Source of the DNA: Dehalococcoidia bacterium
GTDB lineage: Bacteria > Chloroflexota > Dehalococcoidia > GIF9 > UBA5629
Assembly (NCBI GenBank): GCA_050011565.1
Contig: JBEKIW010000001.1
Span: forward strand, 480,001 to 544,000
Reading direction: 5' to 3'
Length of the DNA stretch: 64,000 nucleotides
Below the pieces are notes generated by a model, which worked only from the letters and a program-made list of their open reading frames with translations, searched no databases and was not told where the DNA came from. Numbering within the stretch: position 1 is the stretch's first letter; each line of letters opens with the position of its first letter. The position numbers and the translations under genes were made by a program. This document shows, piece after piece, positions 1-9,513 of the stretch.

Positions 1-111
1 GCGTAAGCTTGGTTAATTCCAGGCTGATTCCTACCAAAGGCAGTGTGGCAAGCTGGTATGCAGTAATTCCAGTGTACATTCCACTGTGCATGCCCTGAAC
101 GAGGAGACGAA

Positions 112-153
112 TTACGAAATCGCTGGTCGTCAGTTCGACTCTGACCGCTGGCT
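112..153 (+). pseudogene. 3' half of a tRNA (Thr-type acceptor end), probable att-site remnant
   Basis: ATCGC-TGGTC-GTCAG-TTCGACT-CTGAC-CGCTGGC-T reads as anticodon 3' stem, variable loop, perfect T-arm, and acceptor strand complementary to a Thr-type GCCAGCG 5' end. No D-arm or 5' half upstream. Confidence 0.7.
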
Positions 154-315
154 GTATAGCTTAATTGAGGGACTCCTCCAAAAGGCGACCGTCAGTAAAC
201 ATTTGCCTGTTTTGTTACTTCATTGCAAATTAAGCCAAAAGGTGCCACGATAAACATGAAAATAACTCCCGACCTGCTGGCTGGGCTATGCCTTTGATAG
301 CGAACTGCACAATCT

Positions 316-450
316 TAGGTTCTAGCTTCTATCATAGGTTCTAGCTTCTATCATAAGCTCCGTTTCTGGATCTTTAAGCTCCTAAGCTTTAGAGCTAAGT
401 CCTAGCTTGAATCTCTAGTTCCTAGGCTCTGGATCTTAAGTTCCTAGCTC
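316..450. repeat. Tandem and degenerate repeat tract rich in CTAG/TTAAG/AGCT
   Basis: Exact 19-bp tandem TAGGTTCTAGCTTCTATCA at 316-334 and 335-353. A second unit TCTGGATCTT(T)AAG(C/T)TCCTA(A)GCT lies near 365-388 and 428-449. Confidence 0.75.
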
Positions 451-835
451 ATCATAAACAGGAGACCTAGATTCTAAAGAGGAATCTCGCCACGGAATTG
501 AAGAAGATGAGGCTGAAAGCGCGGCAACGCCAAACTTGTATTAATTACGCCTTTTACGATCCTATTGAAGAGTAGGTCAAAGTGAGGTAAAATAAGACGA
601 TAGTTGCCCCAGGATCATGATGATAAATATTGCCGGGATGTAGTGGCAGTTAACCCAAAAAACTTAAGATAACTTAAGCTTAATAACCGGAAATCTCATA
701 ACCGAAAGTATTAACAATATGAACGGAGAGATGGCAAGAGCTCATAACAGCAAGCAATTAGAGCCCCTGATACGCGGGGGGCTTTTACCAGGCTACGGGA
801 GCCGGATTGAGGTTCCGGGAAAACCGCTTACATTT

Positions 836-876
836 CATCGCAGAGGTCACCTGTTCAAGTCCAGTACCGCCCACCA
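836..876 (+). pseudogene. Degenerate 3' half of tRNA-Val, probable att-site remnant
   Basis: CATCGCAGAGGTCACCTGTTCAAGTCCAGTACCGCCCACCA ends in a Val-type ACCGCCC-A-CCA. The T-stem has two mismatches and there is no 5' half. Confidence 0.7.
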
Positions 877-919
877 TTCGAATCTAATTCCAAATCAGGC
901 GTGTATTCGGCCGCAAGGA

Positions 920-1483
920 CTAGCGGGACGAAGTCAATATCTCAGCCATGCGGCTGCCAAGCCTTCTTGCCTCCTCGATTAGTGCCGCATCGTTCTTTAC
1001 TTCACCCGGCTTACTGGCACAGCCCGAAAGTATGACTATCCTGTCATCTGGAATGTCAGCAGATAACTTAACAAACCGTCTCAACGCCCTGACGGTGTGT
1101 TCCAGGCCGGCGCTACCGCCGATAACAATCAAACCGGCACAGACCATACGGGGGGAAATGTTATGCCTGTAGAGGAAATAGTTGCGGTCGACAAAGGCTT
1201 TCATCTGCGCGGTCATGTTGTAGTAATATACCGGACTGCCCAGAATTATTCCTTCTGCATTGCAAAATTTATCCAGAATCCAGGGAACATCATCATCCTG
1301 TTTGCAAGCTGAAAATGAAGAGCAGTTGTCATGACCCTGGCAGGGGTTGACTTTATATTGAGTCAGTATAATCTTTTCCGTCTCGAGACCGTGGGCGGCA
1401 GCTTCTTGTAGTGCCTGGTCGACAAGATAGCTGGTATTGCCCTTGGGTCTGGGGCTGCCAACAATAGCTAAAATCTTCATCAT
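920..1483 (-). CDS. Flavodoxin-fold / iron-sulfur flavoprotein (NADPH-dependent FMN reductase family)
   Basis: Motifs GSPRPKGNT, GSPVYYYNMTAQMKAFVDR and CxxHxxCx5C. Confidence 0.85.
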   Translation of the reverse strand: MMKILAIVGSPRPKGNTSYLVDQALQEAAAHGLETEKIILTQYKVNPCQGHDNCSSFSACKQDDDVPWILDKFCNAEGIILGSPVYYYNMTAQMKAFVDRNYFLYRHNISPRMVCAGLIVIGGSAGLEHTVRALRRFVKLSADIPDDRIVILSGCASKPGEVKNDAALIEEARRLGSRMAEILTSSR

Positions 1484-1606
1484 TGTCTCCTAATTTTTTC
1501 CGTGTTATGGCAGAATCTTAAGGGTTAGGAAATTGATTGTCAAAGCTCGTTGTTGGCGCGACGTTGGTTGATGGGCAAACCGTGTGGTTCTACGGATGCC
1601 ATTGAA

Positions 1607-2515
1607 CTACAAACTGAAAGTCGACTTCAGGAAATTCATAATTTGCCTAAGCAGGAGCGGATAGAACAGCCAAATAGAAGGATGGGTGGCAGGATACCAT
1701 TTTATTTCAGGTTTACCGCAAGCTTCCCAAAAATCGATTGTGCCTTGCTTCGGAATTCTCTCGTCCCACATTGCGTTAAGCATCAGCAGTGGACGCTGAC
1801 GGAGATAGGTAGCAAATGTCACGGGGTCCGTCAGATAGCTCTGCTGGGATGGGGTCACTTCCTCTATGCCCTTTTCTGCAACTTCATTCAGATATCGGTT
1901 ATAGAAGTTTTGAGATCGGCTATATTCCGCCTCGCTGTGGTCGGGCTCGGTTTTTCTGAGCCAGGCACGACCTTGATAATTGCCGCCGGCTACAAAAATG
2001 ACGCCGGCAGCTATTCGTTCATCTACGCCCATTGATATGGCTGAGATAATTCCACCGAGGCTTATGCCGATAACTGCTATATGGTCCTTATTTATATCTT
2101 TGTTTTTGCCCGCCCAATCAACTATTTGACGAATATCAATTACGGATGTCTGATAACCTTCAAACCACTCTTCGGGAGTGAGGTTAGGCAGCCTTTCCCT
2201 GATTACATATGGCATACGTCTTTGATGGAATACCAGATATAAGATAAAGCTGGCTATGCCCTTCTTAGTCAGGTCTCGTGCCAGCAGACGGCAAGGGATT
2301 ACGCTGCGGTCGCCCCATCCGTGGACTAGAATTGCTAACGGCCAATTGGCTCCCCGGCGAGGCTGATAGTACTCGCCGTATGCTACATTATTTTCTTTGT
2401 ATCCGGTGGGCCTGGCAACAGGGAATTTAACCGCGTAACGCAACCATCTATTAGTAGTCTGGTTTAACTGTAAGTCAAAGTCAGGCTCAATGCCGGGGTA
2501 GTTATACGGATTCAT
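1607..2515 (-). CDS. Alpha/beta-fold hydrolase
   Basis: HGWG oxyanion motif, GISLG nucleophile elbow, WDERIP Asp and C-terminal His. Confidence 0.8.
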   Translation of the reverse strand: MNPYNYPGIEPDFDLQLNQTTNRWLRYAVKFPVARPTGYKENNVAYGEYYQPRRGANWPLAILVHGWGDRSVIPCRLLARDLTKKGIASFILYLVFHQRRMPYVIRERLPNLTPEEWFEGYQTSVIDIRQIVDWAGKNKDINKDHIAVIGISLGGIISAISMGVDERIAAGVIFVAGGNYQGRAWLRKTEPDHSEAEYSRSQNFYNRYLNEVAEKGIEEVTPSQQSYLTDPVTFATYLRQRPLLMLNAMWDERIPKQGTIDFWEACGKPEIKWYPATHPSIWLFYPLLLRQIMNFLKSTFSL

Positions 2516-2760
2516 TGAAATTAATGGTAACCTTTCTGAGGACCACCGCGAATAATAGCACTACCCACTCCGAATTCCAAACTGCGTAGTATAGGTTTCA
2601 TTACCCGTGACTAATTTTAACATATGCTCTGCTCTATCTAATTGAACGGCTTGTTGTCGAAAACCAGGGGTGATATGATACGATTTATTCCCACGGGCAA
2701 AACGGAAGCTGAATAGAACACAGCGTTTTGAATAAAACAGGACGATAGAGGAGATATCAA

Positions 2761-4137
2761 ATGAAAGTAAAGGTTAGACTGTTTCAAATAGCGATTTGCG
2801 TCTTGATGGTCATGAGTCTGGTTGCTTGTTCAGCCAGCCAGGAATACAAATTCAAATACGAGTCCGACGCGGTGCTTCAGGATAGCTTGAAAGCCGTGCC
2901 TGCCTATCCTGAAACGAACTTTGTTGTTTTTAGCGATCCGCACGTTTACGACCCTTCGCTGGGAACCGAAGGAAAGGCGTTCGAAAACTATCTTGCATCC
3001 GACCGAAAACTTCTGAGAGAGAGCACTGAAATCCTGGAGGCGGCCATTGCGGCAATTAAGAATGAGAAAGCCAGTATTGTGCTGGTACCGGGAGATATGA
3101 CCAAAGACGGTGAACTCAGCTCGCACCAGCTCGTTATAAGCTATCTGAAGCAGCTCGAAGCCAGCGGAAAACAGGTGTATGTGGTGCCGGGCAATCACGA
3201 TATTAAGAACGGACACTCATTCAAATATGTCGGCGATACAGCCGAACGTGTGCCCAATATAACGCCTGCAGAATTTGTCGACATGTATGGTGATTTCGGA
3301 TATAAAGAGGCGCTTTACCGTGATACTGCTTCGCTGAGCTACGTCGCTGAGCCGCAGTCCGGCCTCTGGTTACTTGCGCTCGATAGCTGCCGCTATGCCG
3401 AAAACGTAGAGAATGAAGCGCCCATCACTGACGGCAAATTCAGCACAGCTACCATGCAGTGGATTGAAGATATGCTGGAGAAAGCGACGACGGAGAAGAA
3501 GGCAGTTATTGTGATGGTTCATCATGGAGTAGTCGAACACTACGTCGGGCAGGAAAAGAACTTCGGCGAATATCTACTGGATGATTTTCCTGCAGTCTCC
3601 AGGCTATTGGCAACATACAACGTACGCCTTGTTTTCACCGGCCATTACCATGCCCAGGACATTACCCTGGCTCGCTGGTCGAAACCAGATAAATTCATCT
3701 TCGATATTGAAACCGGCTCTCTGGTCACATATCCTGCACCCTATAGAATAGTAAGCATAGACGCCACCCAGAAAGCCGCAATAAGAACGAAACATGTAGA
3801 ATCAATACGTTCCCATCCGAACGATTTTCAGGAGTATGCCAGGGCATATGTACAGAGCGGCATTGAGGGCATTGCCACCCGCGCTATAATGGGGTACAAG
3901 GTCAATCAGGCTGAAGCGGAAAAGCTCGCCGGGCAAGTTGCTCAAGCGTTCCTGGCCCATTATGCCGGCGACGAGTATCTTCCGGCAGGGCAGGAGGCGA
4001 TGCAGACCAGCGGGTTAAGTATACCGGGCTGGGTTGTAGTTAATTTCCGAAAGAACCTGGTCATCGGGCTGTGGCACGACTTGCCACCACCTGATAATAA
4101 CGTTACTATCGATTTGAAAACGGGTAGCTGGCAGTAA
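2761..4137 (+). CDS. Calcineurin-like metallophosphoesterase, lipoprotein
   Basis: Lipobox LVAC; motifs DPH, GD, GNHD, HH and GHYH. Confidence 0.88.
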   Translation: MKVKVRLFQIAICVLMVMSLVACSASQEYKFKYESDAVLQDSLKAVPAYPETNFVVFSDPHVYDPSLGTEGKAFENYLASDRKLLRESTEILEAAIAAIKNEKASIVLVPGDMTKDGELSSHQLVISYLKQLEASGKQVYVVPGNHDIKNGHSFKYVGDTAERVPNITPAEFVDMYGDFGYKEALYRDTASLSYVAEPQSGLWLLALDSCRYAENVENEAPITDGKFSTATMQWIEDMLEKATTEKKAVIVMVHHGVVEHYVGQEKNFGEYLLDDFPAVSRLLATYNVRLVFTGHYHAQDITLARWSKPDKFIFDIETGSLVTYPAPYRIVSIDATQKAAIRTKHVESIRSHPNDFQEYARAYVQSGIEGIATRAIMGYKVNQAEAEKLAGQVAQAFLAHYAGDEYLPAGQEAMQTSGLSIPGWVVVNFRKNLVIGLWHDLPPPDNNVTIDLKTGSWQ

Positions 4138-4246
4138 GAATGACTGTCCCAGGCTTTAAAGAATCGGCTTCCTCAAATAGTACAGCGTTTTCCGTGGGAT
4201 GATTGTCCAACGAGATTGAATCTGCGCTAGAGCTACAGCAGCAGCT

Positions 4247-5800
4247 CTACCGGCTTTGAAAGACAATCAATTGAGCCTTGGGCCCTAAGCCGACCGGGAA
4301 AATTATGAAATCACCGGAAACTGCAGGCCAACCATTAATACCTCCCGGTGCCTGATAATTCCAGACCTCCGCACCGGTTTTCTTGTCTAAAGCGTATATC
4401 TTCCCATCTAAAGTCGACGTAAAGACAAGGTCATTGACCACGGTTGCCGCTCCGATGGTTATCGAATCAAAACTTTTACTCCAAAGAGGTTTACCTGTGG
4501 AGATATCGAGGGCGACCAGTTCTCCCGTGCCCGCGTTTTCATTGTATGTCGATTCGATGAAGTCGGTCGGGGTGTAATCACCGAAGTGATTAACAACGGG
4601 CACATAGAGGACGCCGTCGTCACATGCCATCGGTGTCAAGACGCCGCCGTCCGGGCCGGGTAAAACCCTGGTCGTACCTGCAGGAAGCTCTGTTAACTCG
4701 TCATCCTGGTGCTGCCCAACGGGCGTTTGCCAGTATATTTCACCGCTCTTTCGGTCGAAAGCGTAAACCTTGCCCAACTTTCCCGACCCAATTACGATTT
4801 TAGTTTCCTTGCCATTTATCGTTGCTGTTGTCAGTATCGGTGAAGATTGAAAATCGAGGTCGAATAAATCATGTGGTTTGACCTGGTTATACCACAGTAG
4901 TTTTCCGGTACTTGAATCCAACGCCAGCATACTATCGCTGCAGAGGTTAGGACCGGGACGGCTGGAACCGCTGGGAAATTCCTCCGTACCGGGAACAGGT
5001 GCAGGATTCCCAGTACCCCAATACGTAATTCCTGTATCCGTATCAATAGCCGGCGGACACCAAGCTCCACTGCCACTGTTAACGCCGGGATTACCCCAGA
5101 TTTCCTCGGAATCGACCGTATTAAATTTCCAAACCACCTTACCGGTTTTCTGGTCTAAAGCGTGGATAACGCCATATCCTCCGCCGGTATAGAAATCAGC
5201 GTTGGTCGAGCCGGGGACTGTGGCTACATAAACCATGTTGTTGTAAGTAATTAACTGGATATCGATGCCAACATTAGTCTTGTCAGATAACCTCGTTGAC
5301 CATATCTCTTTCCCGTTTTCTAAATTTAAAGCGGCGACCTCGTAGTGGCCTTTAGGGACAAATAGCTTATCCCACCCGACAGCCGGTCCGTTAGGCCCGA
5401 AATTATCGAGGTTATACTCCTTTTTCCATAGTAATTTGCCTGTCGCCAAATCGATAGCGAAAACATTGCTCTTTAAATCTTGAAGATAGACGGTATTATT
5501 CAAGATGAGCGGGTTCGTTGCCGCAGCGCCCCACTCGCTGAATCCGGTAAGCTCAAAGGTCCAGGCTACGCTTAACTTCTGTACGTTTTGCGAATTGATC
5601 ACTGAATCTTGAGTTGCCCTGGTATTACTGTAATCTTTATTGGCTGCTGGCCACTCGTCAGCGAATTTGGCCATCTCCGTCGGCACAATGTTATCTGATT
5701 GGCAGCTTAATAGGCTGAGAGCACCAAATAGCAGAACAAGTAAAACTGGCAGTACTCCGGCAACCAAAAAAAGTGGTTTGAACCTAAATATTTGTGCCAT
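4247..5800 (-). CDS. PQQ-binding-like beta-propeller protein, probable lipoprotein
   Basis: Signal peptide ending LLSC, repeated ALDxxTGKxxW blades and an HDLFDLD motif. Confidence 0.85.
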   Translation of the reverse strand: MAQIFRFKPLFLVAGVLPVLLVLLFGALSLLSCQSDNIVPTEMAKFADEWPAANKDYSNTRATQDSVINSQNVQKLSVAWTFELTGFSEWGAAATNPLILNNTVYLQDLKSNVFAIDLATGKLLWKKEYNLDNFGPNGPAVGWDKLFVPKGHYEVAALNLENGKEIWSTRLSDKTNVGIDIQLITYNNMVYVATVPGSTNADFYTGGGYGVIHALDQKTGKVVWKFNTVDSEEIWGNPGVNSGSGAWCPPAIDTDTGITYWGTGNPAPVPGTEEFPSGSSRPGPNLCSDSMLALDSSTGKLLWYNQVKPHDLFDLDFQSSPILTTATINGKETKIVIGSGKLGKVYAFDRKSGEIYWQTPVGQHQDDELTELPAGTTRVLPGPDGGVLTPMACDDGVLYVPVVNHFGDYTPTDFIESTYNENAGTGELVALDISTGKPLWSKSFDSITIGAATVVNDLVFTSTLDGKIYALDKKTGAEVWNYQAPGGINGWPAVSGDFIIFPVGLGPKAQLIVFQSR

Positions 5801-5860
5801 GATGTCTCACCCCCATTGAACTAAATACGACAGTCTTTGTCAGCGCTCAAAGATAAGGAG

Positions 5861-7201
5861 TCATTCAATAGCGTGCCCCACATTCTTGCTTGAAATATTT
5901 CTGAACAGCTCATAGCCCATGCAGCTTAATACTACCACATATTCCACTGCTACTAACCAAAGATTCTCGGAATAAGGCACTGTCCGATATGCCGAGTAGC
6001 TCAATATTATGACCGCGGACCACACAATAGGATACCGATAGCTGGTAAATAACGATACTAGCACCAACGATGTAATATACCAGGGATGTACGGTAGTAGC
6101 CAGGAGAAAATACGCGGTTAGACACATGAGCATTCCTTGAAATAGCGATAGCCAGGTAACTGTCTTTTCTCTGACAGCAATGACGATAATTGTCAGGAAT
6201 GTGGCGATGGCCAAGACAATACCCAGGGTAGCGATAATGTTGTAACCGGTAAACTGATAACCAATCCAACGTAACAGGTAATATAGGCTGGCATTAAATT
6301 CAAATGTTTGGAAGTAGAGACGAAGGCTGGAGAAATAATTGGGAATCAAGTCGACACTATAAAAGGGCAGGAAAAGGACCACGACCGTCGCTCCTACGGT
6401 GGCGTAAAAAATCATACTTTTTGCCAGTCCAAGCCGCTTGATTAACAATGGCAAAAAAATGAGTGGCAACAGCTTGACGCCGACCGCCAGGCCAAAGCTT
6501 ACTGCAGCATAGACTTGTTTTCTCAGGACCAGCAAATATATAGCCAGGACTAGAAATAGTAGCATTACTGCTTCCAGGTGCAGGTTCCCTGTTAACTCAA
6601 TAATAACCAGAGGATTAAAAGCGTATAGAGCAACGACGTTCGGTAATACGGCTAATTTAGAACTTAATCTATGCAGGAAAATAATGACTCCGAACTCTGC
6701 CAGAAGTGTTACGAGCCTGATAATGATGATATTGCCCAGTATATTACCGCCGGCAAGTTTGGCGCTGAGACCGAAAATGAATTCGCACACGGGTGGATAG
6801 ACTGTATAGTAGTCAGGTGAATTAAGACCTGTGTAGAGGCTATTGGTAATGCCGGTTACAATATGTGCGTTGGGAATGAATTGGGAAGGCAGGATAAGGT
6901 AAGGATTATAGCCGTGAACAAACAGAAGTCCGTCCCAGATATATCGGAAATAATCATCGGTCAAGTTAGGGGTCATGAACATCAGGGAGACGCGCAGCAG
7001 CATGGCACTGCCGAGAATCAGCGGGAATCCGACATCAAAAACCTCTCTATACAGCGCGAGAATATAAAGGCCCGAAAGGAAACCGAACAGTAAAATAAGC
7101 TGAGCGAAATCACTTCTTACAGTGCCGTAGCCGATCCAGATATAACCAGACAAGGATAAAAGAGTAAATACTATTATCTGAACAGTACTTCGCCTATCCA
7201 T
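5861..7201 (-). CDS. GT-C membrane glycosyltransferase (GT87/MptB-like, polyprenol-phosphate-sugar dependent)
   Basis: Multi-TM protein with TDDYFRYIWDG, YPP, FNPL..E..GN.H.E and HPWY motifs. Confidence 0.8.
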   Translation of the reverse strand: MDRRSTVQIIVFTLLSLSGYIWIGYGTVRSDFAQLILLFGFLSGLYILALYREVFDVGFPLILGSAMLLRVSLMFMTPNLTDDYFRYIWDGLLFVHGYNPYLILPSQFIPNAHIVTGITNSLYTGLNSPDYYTVYPPVCEFIFGLSAKLAGGNILGNIIIIRLVTLLAEFGVIIFLHRLSSKLAVLPNVVALYAFNPLVIIELTGNLHLEAVMLLFLVLAIYLLVLRKQVYAAVSFGLAVGVKLLPLIFLPLLIKRLGLAKSMIFYATVGATVVVLFLPFYSVDLIPNYFSSLRLYFQTFEFNASLYYLLRWIGYQFTGYNIIATLGIVLAIATFLTIIVIAVREKTVTWLSLFQGMLMCLTAYFLLATTVHPWYITSLVLVSLFTSYRYPIVWSAVIILSYSAYRTVPYSENLWLVAVEYVVVLSCMGYELFRNISSKNVGHAIE

Positions 7202-8711
7202 TGGCGTGTTTTGTTGTTGTCATGGCATGTACTATCGAATAATAGAATACATATCCAAAGCCTAGTGACAACATAAGATAAAAGGGAAGCAGCCCATAAT
7301 TTTGAAAGTATATAGACAGATATACGCCTGCCAAGAAATAGGCGGTTAGCAGCGCTTCAAATATGGTGACGCCGTTGATACCCTTAACCAGATACTTGTT
7401 TGCCTGCCATCTGTCCTTGCTGCTGGTGATGTTAAATTTTGGTGTTCGAATGAACGGAATCTTTTTCCCCGCATAGCCTTCGCACAACGCAATCGAATTA
7501 TGTAGCGAAAATCCCATTGAAATTGACAGGAATAGGAGAAACTTACCCAGGAACGAGGGGAATGAAGTGCCCCGTCTCTGTGTGGCAGAAACCCAGTAAA
7601 AGTAGCTAAGCAATAAGAGGCTAAATGGTGAAAACAAAGCAAATAAAAAAACCTGGGCGTATTGGGGGTGGCTGCTCTTAATAAATAACAATGGGATACT
7701 GAGTATTGCGGCCAGAAAAATACAAATGAACACCGTGCAATTCATCAGGTGAAAAATGGCGTGAACCTTGGTTGTACTTGAGGTATGCTTCGAACTAAGG
7801 ACCGATGGGAGGTTTTTTTTAACGCATTCCGCAGCCCCTTTTGTCCAACGAAACTGCTGTGTTTTCAAAGCGTTTATAGTGACGGGAAGTTCGGCGGGAC
7901 TTTCAACGTGCTCGAGATAGATGAACTTCCATCCTTTTAGCTGCGCTCGATAGCTCAGGTCAAGGTCTTCGGTCAACGTGTCAGATTGCCAGTTGCCGGC
8001 GTCGATAATACAACTTTTCCGCCATATACCGGCAGTACCATTGAAGTTCATGAAATGCCCACCTGCGTTACGGCCATACTGTTCAATGGTAAAGTGGGCA
8101 TCGAGCCCGAAAGCCTGCAGCCTGGTTAATAAAGAATAGTCTTCATTTACATGCTCCCATTTTGTTTGCACCAGACCCACCTTATCATCCTGAAAATAGG
8201 GGATGGTTTTTAAAAGAAAATCAGCCGGAGGAATAAAGTCGGCATCGAAAATGGCGATGAATTCACCTTTTGCCTCCCGCAGCCCGTAAGCCAGCGCACC
8301 TGCCTTGAAACCGTCTCTGGTGCCGCGACGAATGTGCCAGATATTTAGCCCTTTTGCTTTAAGAGTTGCCACTTTTGATTCGGCCAGTGATACCGTTTCG
8401 TCGGTTGAATCATCAAGTACCTGAATCTCGAATCTGTCCGTGGGGTAACGAAAGGCAGCAACAGCATCGATAATCCGTTCGACAACGTACAATTCGTTAT
8501 AGATAGGCAGTTGGATGGTAACGAAGGGATATTTGTTTGGCATAGTTGGCGCTATGCTTTTGTTTACAAACTGACTTTTTTGCCGTTTGGAGGTTAGGTA
8601 GAGATGGACTAGATGCGCCTGTGCCACGCTGTAACTGAAAATAAATAGAAGTGACAATCCGTATATCACCAGTATTACAATAGTAACCGTATTCAAAATG
8701 GCGTCAGTCAT
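7194..8711 (-). CDS. GT2 glycosyltransferase, cellulose-synthase-like (CslA-like)
   Basis: QLPIYNE, KAGAL, DADF, TEDLD and QQFRW motifs. Start reassigned to ATG 8711, which overlaps the stop of the upstream GT2. Confidence 0.88.
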   Translation of the reverse strand: MTDAILNTVTIVILVIYGLSLLFIFSYSVAQAHLVHLYLTSKRQKSQFVNKSIAPTMPNKYPFVTIQLPIYNELYVVERIIDAVAAFRYPTDRFEIQVLDDSTDETVSLAESKVATLKAKGLNIWHIRRGTRDGFKAGALAYGLREAKGEFIAIFDADFIPPADFLLKTIPYFQDDKVGLVQTKWEHVNEDYSLLTRLQAFGLDAHFTIEQYGRNAGGHFMNFNGTAGIWRKSCIIDAGNWQSDTLTEDLDLSYRAQLKGWKFIYLEHVESPAELPVTINALKTQQFRWTKGAAECVKKNLPSVLSSKHTSSTTKVHAIFHLMNCTVFICIFLAAILSIPLLFIKSSHPQYAQVFLFALFSPFSLLLLSYFYWVSATQRRGTSFPSFLGKFLLFLSISMGFSLHNSIALCEGYAGKKIPFIRTPKFNITSSKDRWQANKYLVKGINGVTIFEALLTAYFLAGVYLSIYFQNYGLLPFYLMLSLGFGYVFYYSIVHAMTTTKHANG

Positions 8712-9402
8712 AAGCCCATCGATTCTTAAGCAGGGTGGCAAGTATGCTGTACCCGGCACATACCGTTCCTTTAAAGGTCCCCGATATTTTGGAAGTCCCG
8801 ATTCTGGCTCGATATGTAACCGGCACTTCAAAACAGCGAAGTCTTTGTTTGGCTGCTTTCGCCTGCATCTCAGCAGTCCAGCCGTATCTCTGCTCTTTGA
8901 TATCCAGCTTGAGGAGCTTATCCAGTTTAATCGCACGGAAAGGGCCGAGGTCAGTGTAACGAACGCCATAGAGGGCATTAATCAGCATAACCGCTAATCG
9001 ATTTCCCAATACCTGATGCCAGAGCATAGCGCCTTTCTGACGTTTGCCCAATAACCGTGAGCCAATCACCATATCATAGTCTTGCTGAATTATCGGTTGT
9101 ACCAGGCTTGTCATTTCCTCAGGGCAATCCGAATAGTCGGCATCGAGAAAGACAATAACGCCCGTTTTTTTTGGCCTTGATAGTACATACTCTATCCCTT
9201 TTAAGCAAGCAAATCCGTATCCTTTTCGACCCTCATGAACAACCGTGGCTCCGAAATTTCGCGCCACCTCAGCCGTGGCATCGGATGAATTATTGTCGAC
9301 TACAACAATCTCAGACGCTATATTACTTGGAATATGCGCCAATACCCTGCCGATGGCTCTCTCTTCATTCAGTGCAGGCATGATGATAACTATTTCAGGC
9401 AT
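8704..9402 (-). CDS. GT2 glycosyltransferase (dolichol/polyprenol-phosphate sugar synthase-like)
   Basis: PALNEE, VDNNSSD, DAD, GSR and EVPVTYR motifs. Confidence 0.88.
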   Translation of the reverse strand: MPEIVIIMPALNEERAIGRVLAHIPSNIASEIVVVDNNSSDATAEVARNFGATVVHEGRKGYGFACLKGIEYVLSRPKKTGVIVFLDADYSDCPEEMTSLVQPIIQQDYDMVIGSRLLGKRQKGAMLWHQVLGNRLAVMLINALYGVRYTDLGPFRAIKLDKLLKLDIKEQRYGWTAEMQAKAAKQRLRCFEVPVTYRARIGTSKISGTFKGTVCAGYSILATLLKNRWAYD

Positions 9403-9513
9403 TTCCTACATCTCATTATATAATCACAATGTGTGTAGCGTAAAATGAGAGGCAGGCGGAAAACACGTAAATGCTATAATTAGAGAAGACAGAAAATTCG
9501 TTGGAACTGCCAT

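Noticed and set aside
1-153. Group I intron in tRNA-Thr, or an intact tRNA-Arg(ACG)
   Set aside because: G116 followed by AA fits a 3' splice site, but no P7 R/S elements are visible upstream. An intact tRNA fails because there is no D-arm or 5' acceptor strand.
316-470. CRISPR array
   Set aside because: Repeats are adjacent or degenerate with no unique spacers, and there are no cas genes in the window.
719-982. 87-aa ORF
   Set aside because: Crosses the tRNA-Val scar, overlaps the flavodoxin 3' end and has no motifs.
1550-2035. 161-aa ORF and the many similar antisense ORFs in the track
   Set aside because: They shadow well-supported genes on the opposite strand and have no recognisable motifs or SD.
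8712-8978. N-terminal extension of the Csl-like GT2
   Set aside because: Lies inside the upstream GT2 in another frame; ATG 8711 gives a normal coupled start.
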